IMG/VR virus record: IMGVR_UViG_2695420809_000014
Location: 1-12,227 of that record
Origin: a virus
Lineage: Duplodnaviria > Heunggongvirae > Uroviricota > Caudoviricetes
DNA: 12,227 nt
Reading direction: 5' to 3' (one strand)
Position 1 is the first letter of the stretch. The number at the start of each line of letters is the position of its first letter. Shown piece by piece: positions 1 through 6,986 of this stretch. The notes under the pieces are model-generated. The model worked only from the letters and a program-made list of their open reading frames with translations, was not told the DNA's origin and ran no database searches. The position numbers and the translations under genes are program-made.

Positions 1-558
1 TATCGCGTCCTCAACAATGAATTTTGTGATGCGGCGCCTGGTGCCTCCAGGTGACGTTAACCAGTAAACCATTAACGCCGGATTGTTAGTTGATGTCTGT
101 TACGCAAGTAAAAGACCGCTTGTTTTAACTGTTCCGCGTGCGCTGAGCCGCATTCACCGCATCACAAAATTCACTTTAAAAGGGGCGGGTATCACGGGAA
201 AAACAAAACGAATACCCGCCAAAAGGTAATCAACATGGGTTGTTGTAGCGGAGTTGTCACTCAGGCGTATGGTCAACCTGACAACCCGGTGTCCTCAACG
301 GGGAAGGAATAACCCCGCCATACTTACCGCCGCGCCATTTCGCGGAGTGCCACAACCGGAAGCGCACGGTCGACGAAAATTTAACGACAGGCTATCTATG
401 AACCAGCAACCTCGCCGTGCGCTTTCGCGTTATGCTCTGACTTTTCAGAGAAATATCCTTTCAGTAAACTGTCAGTGCCGGATGTTCACCCGTGTCCGGC
501 GCACGCACTCCACTTCACCCATGGAGAACTCCTTAATTACCAACCCTCAGGAGGGTGA

Positions 559-792
559 ATGTTAAAATCAACTCTTATTGCTAAATGCCTTTATCAAAAT
601 CGCATGGTAAGCAGCATTTCAATAGGCGAGTCTGCAGTTAAAAGTATTTTCGAAGAGTACTTTCCCGGGCATGATTTTAATAAATGGAATACCAAATTAC
701 CGCCAGCAGTTTCAACGCGTATTCTGAAAGCAACTGAAAGAGCAAGTACAATTCGCGTTAACTATTTCATTAAAGATTTGTGGGATCTTTGA
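559..792 (+). CDS. hypothetical protein, 77 aa
   Basis: ATG at 559 preceded by AGGAGG (549-554); third codon positions biased to A/T as expected for real coding sequence in a lower-GC segment; 3' end overlaps the convergent gene 770-1177 by 23 bp. No family recognised. Confidence 0.45.
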   Translation: MLKSTLIAKCLYQNRMVSSISIGESAVKSIFEEYFPGHDFNKWNTKLPPAVSTRILKATERASTIRVNYFIKDLWDL

Positions 793-1177
793 TATCCACA
801 GAGCCTAAAGTATGTGCATATGGATGTGCTATTGTGCGCCCTCGCAGATTTGCATCATTTTCTAAATTCACTGAACGAAACAGGGCATCAACAAGGCTCT
901 GTACAATGCAAAGGCAATCGAAGACTGTCGCCGTTTCTGTTTTGATTGATGAAAGAACATGGCCATTCACGCAAACAGAAATTACCCGTTTATTAACATC
1001 GCTTTCCTGCTTTTGATTATCAGAACCATATAGCCCAGAAAAAGCATTGCGCACATTACGAACCATATTATCGATGGTTTCTTTTTTGGTGTATGCCGGG
1101 TCAATTTTCACCAGACTATCACCGAGAGTCGTTGCAGCAATTGTCTGGATTTCTTTTGGTAAATCTTTAAATTCCAT
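770..1177 (-). CDS. hypothetical protein, 135 aa, distal gene of the leftward early operon
   Basis: ATG at 1177 with GAGG 6 nt upstream; separated by 22 bp from the stop of the upstream minus-strand gene (1200); about 41% GC versus about 50% for the surrounding phage backbone. No family recognised. Confidence 0.6.
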   Translation of the reverse strand: MEFKDLPKEIQTIAATTLGDSLVKIDPAYTKKETIDNMVRNVRNAFSGLYGSDNQKQESDVNKRVISVCVNGHVLSSIKTETATVFDCLCIVQSLVDALFRSVNLENDANLRGRTIAHPYAHTLGSVDIKDPTNL

Positions 1178-1199
1178 TATTAGCCTCGTTGGTTAGCTA

Positions 1200-1418
1200 T
1201 TAACGTGGGTATGTAATCATTCTGGCAATGCTTAATGCCGCTGCTTTTTCCAGATTGGTGATATCCTGCTCCAGAGCGGACAGATTTTCAGCCTGCTTAG
1301 CCCTGGCTTCATTGGCCCATTTCAGGTCCTGCGCAGCCTTAATTTTCTGGTGCATCCACTCATAAAGTTCATCATCGGTATAGTCTGGCGCGATGATGAC
1401 GGGTTCTCGTTTCTGCAT
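1200..1418 (-). CDS. hypothetical early-left protein, 72 aa, predicted helical/coiled-coil
   Basis: ATG at 1418 with GAGGA 6 nt upstream; packed in the same minus-strand operon as its neighbours. Confidence 0.6.
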   Translation of the reverse strand: MQKREPVIIAPDYTDDELYEWMHQKIKAAQDLKWANEARAKQAENLSALEQDITNLEKAAALSIARMITYPR

Positions 1419-1447
1419 ACTGATTCCTCGCGGTGCTGCTTCGCTTA

Positions 1448-1576
1448 TCAGCCGTTAGATTTTGCCGGGCTGGAAAGCGCCTGTTTAAATTCGCTGAAGC
1501 TGAGGGCTTCTTCGCCTTCGGCAAGGCCTTCGAAGTATTCTTCGTAAGCCTTTTCCATGATTGTGTCGAAATCCAT
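1448..1576 (-). CDS. small acidic protein, 42 aa (net charge about -7)
   Basis: ATG at 1576 preceded by AGGTGG with a 5-nt spacer; start lies 1 nt after the TGA of the upstream gene (translational coupling); not in the supplied ORF track because it is under 60 aa. Confidence 0.45.
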   Translation of the reverse strand: MDFDTIMEKAYEEYFEGLAEGEEALSFSEFKQALSSPAKSNG

Positions 1577-1577
1577 A

Positions 1578-1733
1578 TCACCCACCTGAATCTCTTTCCA
1601 GCCAGCGACGCGCTCCAGATTCGGTTTTAAACGTTTTGCTTTTGGTATACGTCATTGCGGTGAACGTGCCGTCCTGGTTTGGAAACACGCCGTACACCAG
1701 AGATTCGTTGTTGCCAAGATCGATAGTATCCAT
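1578..1733 (-). CDS. hypothetical early-left protein, 51 aa (alternative start at 1814 gives 78 aa)
   Basis: In-frame ATG at 1733 with GAGG 5 nt upstream; first gene downstream of the palindromic operator pair at 1919-1957; size and position resemble the small ydaF/ydaG-type genes of Rac-like prophages (recollection, not verified). Confidence 0.5.
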   Translation of the reverse strand: MDTIDLGNNESLVYGVFPNQDGTFTAMTYTKSKTFKTESGARRWLERDSGG

Positions 1734-1918
1734 GCTGACCTCATTCCCCCTTAACGCCGGGGTAGCGGAACAAAAACCTGCTGCATAGTTATTAAAGTTG
1801 AACCCTGCCGTCATGTTCTTACGCCTCGGGCTGGCTACTTAACCCCTGACCACTGCCGGGTAACTCGAAGTATTTCCCTGCGTTCTGTGGGGCGGGGTGG
1901 GTTGGTATGAAAAGAAGG

Positions 1919-1957
1919 ATACCCATGGGTATTTAAAAAGTAAATACCCATGGGTAA
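1919..1957. promoter_or_regulatory. OL-like operator pair: two 14-bp palindromes ATACCCATGGGTAT (1919-1932) and ATACCCATGGGTAA (1944-1957)
   Basis: Perfect and near-perfect palindromes 25 bp centre to centre, just downstream of the repressor gene stop and upstream of the leftward small-gene operon; same WTACC-N4-GGTAW pattern as the three sites in the repressor/cro-like intergenic region. Confidence 0.5.
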
Positions 1958-1998
1958 CTTTTTGCGGTGTCTTAACTGGTGACTAGTTGTTTGGTGAG

Positions 1999-2418
1999 CT
2001 ATGATGCGTTTTGTGCTTTCTTTTTACGGATTTCTTCGTAGATCATATTGTAATACTGTTTTTTCTCTTCAAGAGTTTTTAATAAGTTATCCGCTTCACT
2101 TTCTGGCAGTTCGTCTAAGAGATCTAAAAAAATACGTTGTCGTGGCGTTAGAACCCTTGTTTCATAACTGGAGGCTGTGTTCGTTGATGATGAAACGATA
2201 CCATCCATCCATCCCCGGGGTAACCCAAAGGACTCTTCGATAATCTCCACCATATCATCAGCGATCCGTTTTTTTCCCTTTTTCCCCTCTGGGTACAACA
2301 TTCTTGATACATAAGAAGGCTCGCGCCCGATCTTTCTGGCCACGTTAACCGCTTTACCATCGCATTTCTCATCACGAATTTTGATGAGTTGCTGTCGTCT
2401 AAATTCATATTTGTCCAT
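1999..2418 (-). CDS. phage repressor, short HTH type (RacR-like, 139 aa)
   Basis: N-terminal HTH-like segment (KAVNVARKIGREPSYVSRML); divergent from a Cro-like gene; no SD before the ATG and a TATTAT -10 hexamer 6 nt upstream, consistent with a leaderless maintenance transcript as for lambda cI. Confidence 0.8.
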   Translation of the reverse strand: MDKYEFRRQQLIKIRDEKCDGKAVNVARKIGREPSYVSRMLYPEGKKGKKRIADDMVEIIEESFGLPRGWMDGIVSSSTNTASSYETRVLTPRQRIFLDLLDELPESEADNLLKTLEEKKQYYNMIYEEIRKKKAQNAS

Positions 2419-2437
2419 AGGTAAATAATAGATGCGA

Positions 2438-2493
2438 TTACCGCAAGGTAAACAACCTGTGGGTATTGACTTTTGTTTACCTGTGGGTATTCT
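2438..2493. promoter_or_regulatory. OR-like region: three WTACC-N4-GGTAW sites (2438-2451, 2453-2466, 2477-2490) overlapping divergent promoters
   Basis: TTACCGCAAGGTAA, CAACCTGTGGGTAT and TTACCTGTGGGTAT; rightward promoter candidate TTGACT (2466-2471), 16-bp spacer, TATTCT (2488-2493); leftward -10 TATTAT (complement of 2425-2430). Confidence 0.55.
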
Positions 2494-2518
2494 TTGCTGT
2501 GTTTACTAAGGAGTAGCT

Positions 2519-2800
2519 ATGGAAGAATTAAGAATATTTCTCAATTCTCTTTCGTCAGATGAACAGCGTATGTTTGCATGCGAGTGTGGTACCAGCATCG
2601 GTTATCTAAGAAAGGCATTGAGTAAAGGTCAAGTGTTAGGGGCATCGTTATGTGTCCTTATTGAGCGAGCCAGTAATGGTGAAGTTACACGTCAGCAACT
2701 AAGGCCTTTTGATTGGATGAATATTTGGCCCGAGCTGGAAGATACCAAAACGTTAACACAACCACTTTCTAGGAGCTTGATTCATGAAAATCAAGCATGA
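2519..2800 (+). CDS. Cro-like HTH regulator, YdaS family-like (93 aa)
   Basis: ATG 2519 with AAGGAG and 5-nt spacer; C-terminal IERASNGEVTRQQLRPFDW resembles the YdaS/Cro-type motif; divergent from the repressor. Confidence 0.75.
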   Translation: MEELRIFLNSLSSDEQRMFACECGTSIGYLRKALSKGQVLGASLCVLIERASNGEVTRQQLRPFDWMNIWPELEDTKTLTQPLSRSLIHENQA

Positions 2801-3209
2801 ACACATCCGCATGGCGATGAATGCCTGGGCTCATTCGGACGGTGAAAAAGTTCCGGCAGCTGAAATAACCCAGTCTTATTTTGAGTTGGGTATGACGTTT
2901 CCTGAATTGTACGACGACAGCCATCCGGAAGCCCTGTCTCGTAATACCCAGAAAATTTTCCGCTGGGTAGAAAAAAACACCCCTGATGCGGTTAAAAAAA
3001 TTCAGGCGTTGTTACCGGCGATCGAAAAAGCAATGCCGCCTCCGCTGGTGGCCCGAATGCGCAGCCACAGTTCGGAATATCACCGGGAGCTTGTCGAGCG
3101 ACGGGAGCGCCTGGTGAAAGATATCGATGAGTTTGTTGCGGCAGCGATCGTGTTGTTCGATCAGATGAATCGTGGTGGTCCGGCGGGAAATGCCGTGGTG
3201 GCGCATTGA
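2784..3209 (+). CDS. YdaT-like protein (141 aa), CII-type regulator/toxin family
   Basis: Begins MKIKHEHI, which I recall as the YdaT family N-terminus; AGGAG upstream; overlaps the preceding gene by 17 bp. Confidence 0.7.
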   Translation: MKIKHEHIRMAMNAWAHSDGEKVPAAEITQSYFELGMTFPELYDDSHPEALSRNTQKIFRWVEKNTPDAVKKIQALLPAIEKAMPPPLVARMRSHSSEYHRELVERRERLVKDIDEFVAAAIVLFDQMNRGGPAGNAVVAH

Positions 3210-3229
3210 TAACGTGTTCTGGGGGGGGG

Positions 3230-4195
3230 ATGAAGCTCCTTTTTGCTGAACGTCCGCTGGTTATAAACACGCAGCTGGCGATGAAAATTGGTCTGAACGA
3301 AGCCATCGTGTTGCAGCAGTTGCATTACTGGTTGAGAGATACCGGTTCCGGCATGGAATGTGATGGTGTTCGCTGGATTTATAACACAACAGAACAATGG
3401 CTGGAGCAGTTCCCGTTCTGGTCAGAGTCAACGTTAAAACGCGCATTTGCAAGTCTGAAAACGCTGGGGCTTTTACGTTGCGAAAAGCTCAATAAATCAA
3501 AGCGTGATATGACTAATTTTTACACGATTAATTACGAGAGCGAGCTTTTAGATGGTGGCAAAGTGAGCGAATCCATCAGATCAAAATGCGCTGCTCCATC
3601 AGGTCAAAATGACACGATGGAAGAGGCCAAAATGGCACGTTCCATTGGTTCAAAACGACTCAATGTCATCGGGTCAAAATGGCCTGATGATCTTACAGAG
3701 AATACAACAGAGATTACTACAGAGAATAAAAACACTTCTCGTCCGGAAGCTTCGCAACCGGACCCGCAGACGGTTGAACAGGATTTTTTAACCCGACACC
3801 CTGACGCGGTTGTGTTCAGTGCAAAAAAACGCCAGTGGGGCAACCAGGAGGATTTGGCGTGTGCGCAGTGGATCTGGGGGCGAATCGTGAGTCTTTACGA
3901 GCAGGCCGCCAGCGATGATGGCGAGATTTCGCGACCGAAAGAACCCAACTGGACCGCATGGGCCAACGACGTGCGCACAATGCGGATGCTGGATGGCAGA
4001 ACTCACAGACAAATTTGTGAAATGTTTGGTCGGGTGCAGCGGGATCCATTCTGGGTAAAAAATATCATGAGTCCGTCAAAGCTTCGCGAAAAATGGGATG
4101 AACTGGTTATCCGCCTGGGGCGTTCGTCTGTACAGCGTTGTGTGAATCATATTTCTGAGCCGGATACCGAAATTCCGCCGGGGTTCAGGGGGTAA
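3230..4195 (+). CDS. replication initiation protein, O-like replisome organiser (YdaU position)
   Basis: ATG 3230 directly abuts a G9 tract (3221-3229); N-terminal winged-helix-like region; five about 23-bp-spaced iterons inside the coding sequence; followed by a DnaC-like gene. An in-frame TTG at 3206 is a less likely alternative start. Confidence 0.8.
   Translation: MKLLFAERPLVINTQLAMKIGLNEAIVLQQLHYWLRDTGSGMECDGVRWIYNTTEQWLEQFPFWSESTLKRAFASLKTLGLLRCEKLNKSKRDMTNFYTINYESELLDGGKVSESIRSKCAAPSGQNDTMEEAKMARSIGSKRLNVIGSKWPDDLTENTTEITTENKNTSRPEASQPDPQTVEQDFLTRHPDAVVFSAKKRQWGNQEDLACAQWIWGRIVSLYEQAASDDGEISRPKEPNWTAWANDVRTMRMLDGRTHRQICEMFGRVQRDPFWVKNIMSPSKLREKWDELVIRLGRSSVQRCVNHISEPDTEIPPGFRG
3574..3730. 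repeat. origin-like iteron array (5 copies, core TCAAAATG, about 23-bp period) plus AT-rich tract with three tandem 12-mers beginning ACAGAGA
   Basis: Iteron cores near 3581, 3604, 3628, 3651, 3674; AT-rich 12-mers at 3695-3730; located inside the O-like gene as in ori-lambda. Confidence 0.6.
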
Positions 4196-4201
4196 CGGGC
4201 C

Positions 4202-4948
4202 ATGAAAAATATCGCGACAGGTGGTGTTCTTGAGCGTATCCGTAAGCTGACCCCGCAGCATGTAATCGCGCCGTACCGGACAGTGGACGAGTGGCGCGAG
4301 TGGCAACTGGCAGAAGGGCGAAAACGTAGCGAGGAGATCAACCGCCAGAATCGCCAGTTGCGGGTGGAAAAAATCCTGAATCGTTCGGGCATCCAGCCTC
4401 TGCACAGCAAATGCTCGTTTGCGAATTATCAGGTGCAGAACGACGGGCAAAAACACGCGCTGAGCCAGGCAAAATCCATCGCTGACGAACTGATGACCGG
4501 GTGCACGAATTTTGTGTTCAGCGGTAAGCCGGGTACCGGAAAGAACCACCTTGCAGCCGCCATTGGCAATCATCTTCTGGCGAAAGGTCGCAGCGTGATT
4601 GTGATAACGGTGGCTGATGTGATGCTGGCGTTACACAACAGCTACGACAACAAAAACTCAGGCGAAAAATTTTTACAGGGGTTGTGTGATGTTGACCTGC
4701 TTGTCCTGGATGAAATCGGAATGCAGCGGGATACGCGCAACGAGCAGGTCACACTGAACCAGATAGTCGACCGCAGAACGGCTTCGATGCGTAGTGTCGG
4801 AATGCTGACGAACCTGAACCACGTAGCGATGAGTACGCTTCTTGGCGAGCGTGTGATGGACCGCATGGTCATGAACGGTGGTCGCTGGGTGAATTTTAAC
4901 TGGGAGAGCTGGCGTTCGAATGTCAGACACCTGAGGGTTGTGAAGTAA
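4202..4948 (+). CDS. DnaC-like helicase loader (IstB-type AAA+ ATPase; YdaV position)
   Basis: Walker A GKPGTGKNHLAAA and Walker B DLLVLDEIG; start 7 nt after the stop of the O-like gene. Confidence 0.9.
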   Translation: MKNIATGGVLERIRKLTPQHVIAPYRTVDEWREWQLAEGRKRSEEINRQNRQLRVEKILNRSGIQPLHSKCSFANYQVQNDGQKHALSQAKSIADELMTGCTNFVFSGKPGTGKNHLAAAIGNHLLAKGRSVIVITVADVMLALHNSYDNKNSGEKFLQGLCDVDLLVLDEIGMQRDTRNEQVTLNQIVDRRTASMRSVGMLTNLNHVAMSTLLGERVMDRMVMNGGRWVNFNWESWRSNVRHLRVVK

Positions 4949-4969
4949 TTTTGTCCGGAGGAAATTTTA

Positions 4970-5731
4970 ATGGAAACCGTTTTTGACGCACTGAAAGCAA
5001 TGGGAAAAGCCACATCGGTAGAACTGGCCGCGCGACTTGATATCAGTCGTGAAGAGGTTCTCAACGAGCTGTGGGAACTCAAAAGAAATGGCGTCGTTGA
5101 TAAAACTGGTCACACCTGGTTTCTGGCTGGCGAAAGTGAATCCCTGGTAACCGAAGAGCGGCCAGTAAAATCTGAAGCACAGGATATGCTGACCGGGGAG
5201 GTCGAACAAAAAGTTACCGCAGACATGATGATTGAGTTTATCGGTCAGGATGGGGCTAAAACGTGTGAGGAACTGGCGGGTAAGTTCGGCATCAGTACTC
5301 GCAAGGTTGCTTCCACGCTGGCGGTGGTAACCGCAACGGGGCGGCTGGCACGCGTTAATCAGAGCGGTAAATTTCGTTACTGCATGCCGGGCGGTAATTT
5401 ACCAGCAGAGCCGAAAGCAGCATCGGTAACGGAAAATGATGGTAAGACCTTTCCTCAGCCAGCAGGTGTTGCGTTACCAGTCCGGGAAGCCGCAACACAG
5501 GAAGAAATTAAAACAGAAACTGTAGCGGGCATTGTGCAGTCGCTGCCATCGTTTACTGAAACGCGAGCGGATGACCTGATTTTACCATCGCTGCATATGG
5601 CAAACCTCGAACTGCGTCGGGCGAAAAGTCATGTCCAGAAGTGGGAACGAGTCTGCGCCGCGCTGCGGGAGCTGAACAAGCACCGGGATATTCTTCGGGA
5701 TATTACCGCGACCGGAGAGCTGCAGCGGTGA
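4970..5731 (+). CDS. hypothetical protein with two winged-helix-like repeats (253 aa; YdaW position)
   Basis: GGAGG with 8-nt spacer before ATG 4970; repeated motif ([15 protein letters not shown]... and [15 protein letters not shown]...) suggests tandem wH domains; C-terminal helical segment. Confidence 0.7.
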   Translation: METVFDALKAMGKATSVELAARLDISREEVLNELWELKRNGVVDKTGHTWFLAGESESLVTEERPVKSEAQDMLTGEVEQKVTADMMIEFIGQDGAKTCEELAGKFGISTRKVASTLAVVTATGRLARVNQSGKFRYCMPGGNLPAEPKAASVTENDGKTFPQPAGVALPVREAATQEEIKTETVAGIVQSLPSFTETRADDLILPSLHMANLELRRAKSHVQKWERVCAALRELNKHRDILRDITATGELQR

Positions 5732-6045
5732 GTGGCTGGAAGAAGTGGTACGAGGCTGAAATCATGATACTCCGTCAGTGTGCGGGAACGATGACGGTCG
5801 AAAGCATTGGGAGGCTGACCGGTCGTACAGGTGATGCTGTCAGAACGAAAGCGCGGGAACTGGGTGTCAGTCTGATGTTACGGGGTGATTATCACCAGTC
5901 AACAAAATATCCACAGAGTGATATTGAACTGGCGCGACAGCTGCATCAGCGTGGCGTACCCAGGAGAGAAATCGCCAGAAAATTTGGAATGCCGTTGCGC
6001 ACAGTGAATAACTACGTTTATTTCGACAGGAGAGTTCAGGAGTGA
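5728..6045 (+). CDS. HTH DNA-binding protein (about 105 aa)
   Basis: GTG 5728 overlaps the upstream stop as GTGA; HTH-like segment [22 protein letters not shown]; alternative start ATG 5764 with GAGG upstream. Confidence 0.6.
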   Translation: MSGWKKWYEAEIMILRQCAGTMTVESIGRLTGRTGDAVRTKARELGVSLMLRGDYHQSTKYPQSDIELARQLHQRGVPRREIARKFGMPLRTVNNYVYFDRRVQE

Positions 6046-6392
6046 GGGTGAGAGTTTATATTGCCGGTCCAATGACCGGGTATAAAAATTTCAACCGTGA
6101 GGCGTTCCACAAGGCGGAAGAGGAACTGAAACGGGAAGGGCATACAGTCTTGAACCCGGCAGTACTTCCGGACGGGCTGACACAGCCGCACTACATGGAT
6201 ATCTGCATGGCAATGATACGTAGCGTGGATGCGATTTATATGCTGAAAGACTGGCAACGGTCAGCAGGCGCTAAAGCGGAACTGGCTCTGGCGGAGAAGC
6301 TAGGGCATGTGGTTGTTTTTCAGAGGGGGGCGATATGCCGATTCTCTGGTTTCAGGAGGTGTGGGAAAAAGAAATGTGGGAAGGTCTTGTGA
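6042..6392 (+). CDS. DUF4406-like (nucleoside 2-deoxyribosyltransferase-like) protein
   Basis: N-terminal VYIAGPMTG motif typical of that fold; GTG 6042 overlaps the upstream stop as GTGA; alternative GTG at 6048. Confidence 0.65.
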   Translation: MRVRVYIAGPMTGYKNFNREAFHKAEEELKREGHTVLNPAVLPDGLTQPHYMDICMAMIRSVDAIYMLKDWQRSAGAKAELALAEKLGHVVVFQRGAICRFSGFRRCGKKKCGKVL

Positions 6393-6460
6393 TTGTGGCC
6401 GAAACAGTTCTTTTATTATGGTCTGTGATTGCGTGTATTTTTATGATTTATTGTGAATGA
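6335..6460 (+). CDS. small hydrophobic peptide, 41 aa (or 28 aa from ATG 6374)
   Basis: ATG 6335 follows GAGGGGGG; translation MPILWFQEVWEKEMWEGLVIVAETVLLLWSVIACIFMIYCE; overlaps the 3' end of the DUF4406-like gene in another frame; not in the ORF track. Confidence 0.3.
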   Translation: MPILWFQEVWEKEMWEGLVIVAETVLLLWSVIACIFMIYCE

Positions 6461-6485
6461 TGTGAATCTCGCGGTGGCCACTGAA

Positions 6486-6530
6486 TTGCAACCATTACCC
6501 CCTGTGATGTAATTGTGGGGTAATGGTTGC
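6486..6530 (+). promoter_or_regulatory. 14-bp perfect inverted repeat (6488-6501 / 6517-6530) with an embedded promoter-like TTGCAA-16 bp-TGTAAT
   Basis: GCAACCATTACCCC ... GGGGTAATGGTTGC; -35 candidate 6486-6491 in the left arm, -10 candidate 6508-6513 in the loop; lies upstream of the gene starting at 6564. Confidence 0.35.
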
Positions 6531-6563
6531 GCAGGCATAGCGACAGGACTGGATGAGAAAAAT

Positions 6564-6986
6564 ATGACGAAATTTACCAGAGAGCAATTGATTGCTCATG
6601 CTAATGAAAGTGTGAAATCCATGAAATTTGCTGCGCGACAGACCGTGTTTAAGACTTCAAGAGTTGCCATTGAAATGGATCTTGCGCTTGCCCGTATTGC
6701 GCTTGCCTCACTTGAAGCAATGCCAGTTGCATGGTCCTGTGCTCACAATATGGTTTTGTTCAATGCTGAATCTGTTGCGGCATACGCAAAACACTCAGCC
6801 ATTGCGCCAAAACCCCTGTACGCTGCGCAACCGGCATCACTTTCACATGAGGAAGAGTTGGCAATGCTGGTTAAACAATTGGTAAGTCAGTTGAAAAAAG
6901 CGAAACCAGATTGCAAATTACCGGATATGGCGATGGGGTATCTGGAGCGGAATGGGCTGATAAGCGCGGAGGATGTTTTACGATGA
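6564..6986 (+). CDS. hypothetical protein, 140 aa
   Basis: First ATG of the frame (the track's 6513 start is a TTG inside the inverted repeat); weak SD; Ala/Leu-rich helical composition. Confidence 0.65.
   Translation: MTKFTREQLIAHANESVKSMKFAARQTVFKTSRVAIEMDLALARIALASLEAMPVAWSCAHNMVLFNAESVAAYAKHSAIAPKPLYAAQPASLSHEEELAMLVKQLVSQLKKAKPDCKLPDMAMGYLERNGLISAEDVLR

Noticed and set aside
18-220. Retron-like ncRNA (msr/msd) suggested by the 17-bp inverted-repeat pair
   Set aside because: No reverse transcriptase gene follows on either strand within the window and no long msd-type stem lies between the repeats; kept only as an unexplained repeat structure.
254-565. Plus-strand 103-aa ORF from the track (TTG start)
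   Set aside because: Arg-rich, low-complexity translation, no SD, non-ATG start, and it overlaps the hairpins and the small minus-strand ORF; looks like a chance open frame in a structured non-coding region.
780-1016. Plus-strand 78-aa ORF
   Set aside because: Lies entirely antisense within the better-supported minus-strand 135-aa gene and has no SD.
1350-1788. Track ORFs 1350-1547(+), 1372-1581(-), 1433-1630(+), 1561-1788(+)
   Set aside because: Alternative-frame or antisense shadows of the SD-supported minus-strand genes at 1200-1418, 1448-1576 and 1578-1733; the 1372-1581 product is highly basic with no SD.
1919-1957. The two palindromes read as intrinsic terminators for the repressor transcript
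   Set aside because: A perfect palindrome with no loop makes a poor hairpin, and the same motif recurs at the divergent promoter region, so operator sites are the better explanation.
2001-2408. ORFs 2001-2243(+) and 2148-2408(-)
   Set aside because: Antisense and alternative-frame shadows of the repressor gene 1999-2418.
2992-3452. Minus-strand ORFs 2992-3306, 3012-3206, 3161-3397, 3261-3452
   Set aside because: Antisense to the YdaT-like and O-like genes, with Arg/Pro-rich junk-like translations.
3604-4573. ORFs 3604-3843(-), 3609-3791(+), 3788-4012(-), 3816-4049(-), 4076-4573(-), 4147-4410(-)
   Set aside because: Overlap the O-like and DnaC-like genes, which have clear motifs and SDs; no independent support.
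4642-5209. Minus-strand ORFs 4642-5082, 4673-4930, 4967-5209
   Set aside because: Antisense to the DnaC-like and winged-helix genes; Ser/Arg-rich composition typical of shadow frames.
6036-6257. Minus-strand 73-aa ORF
   Set aside because: Antisense to the DUF4406-like gene.
6628-6885. Plus-strand 85-aa alternative frame
   Set aside because: Internal alternative frame of the 140-aa gene 6564-6986.
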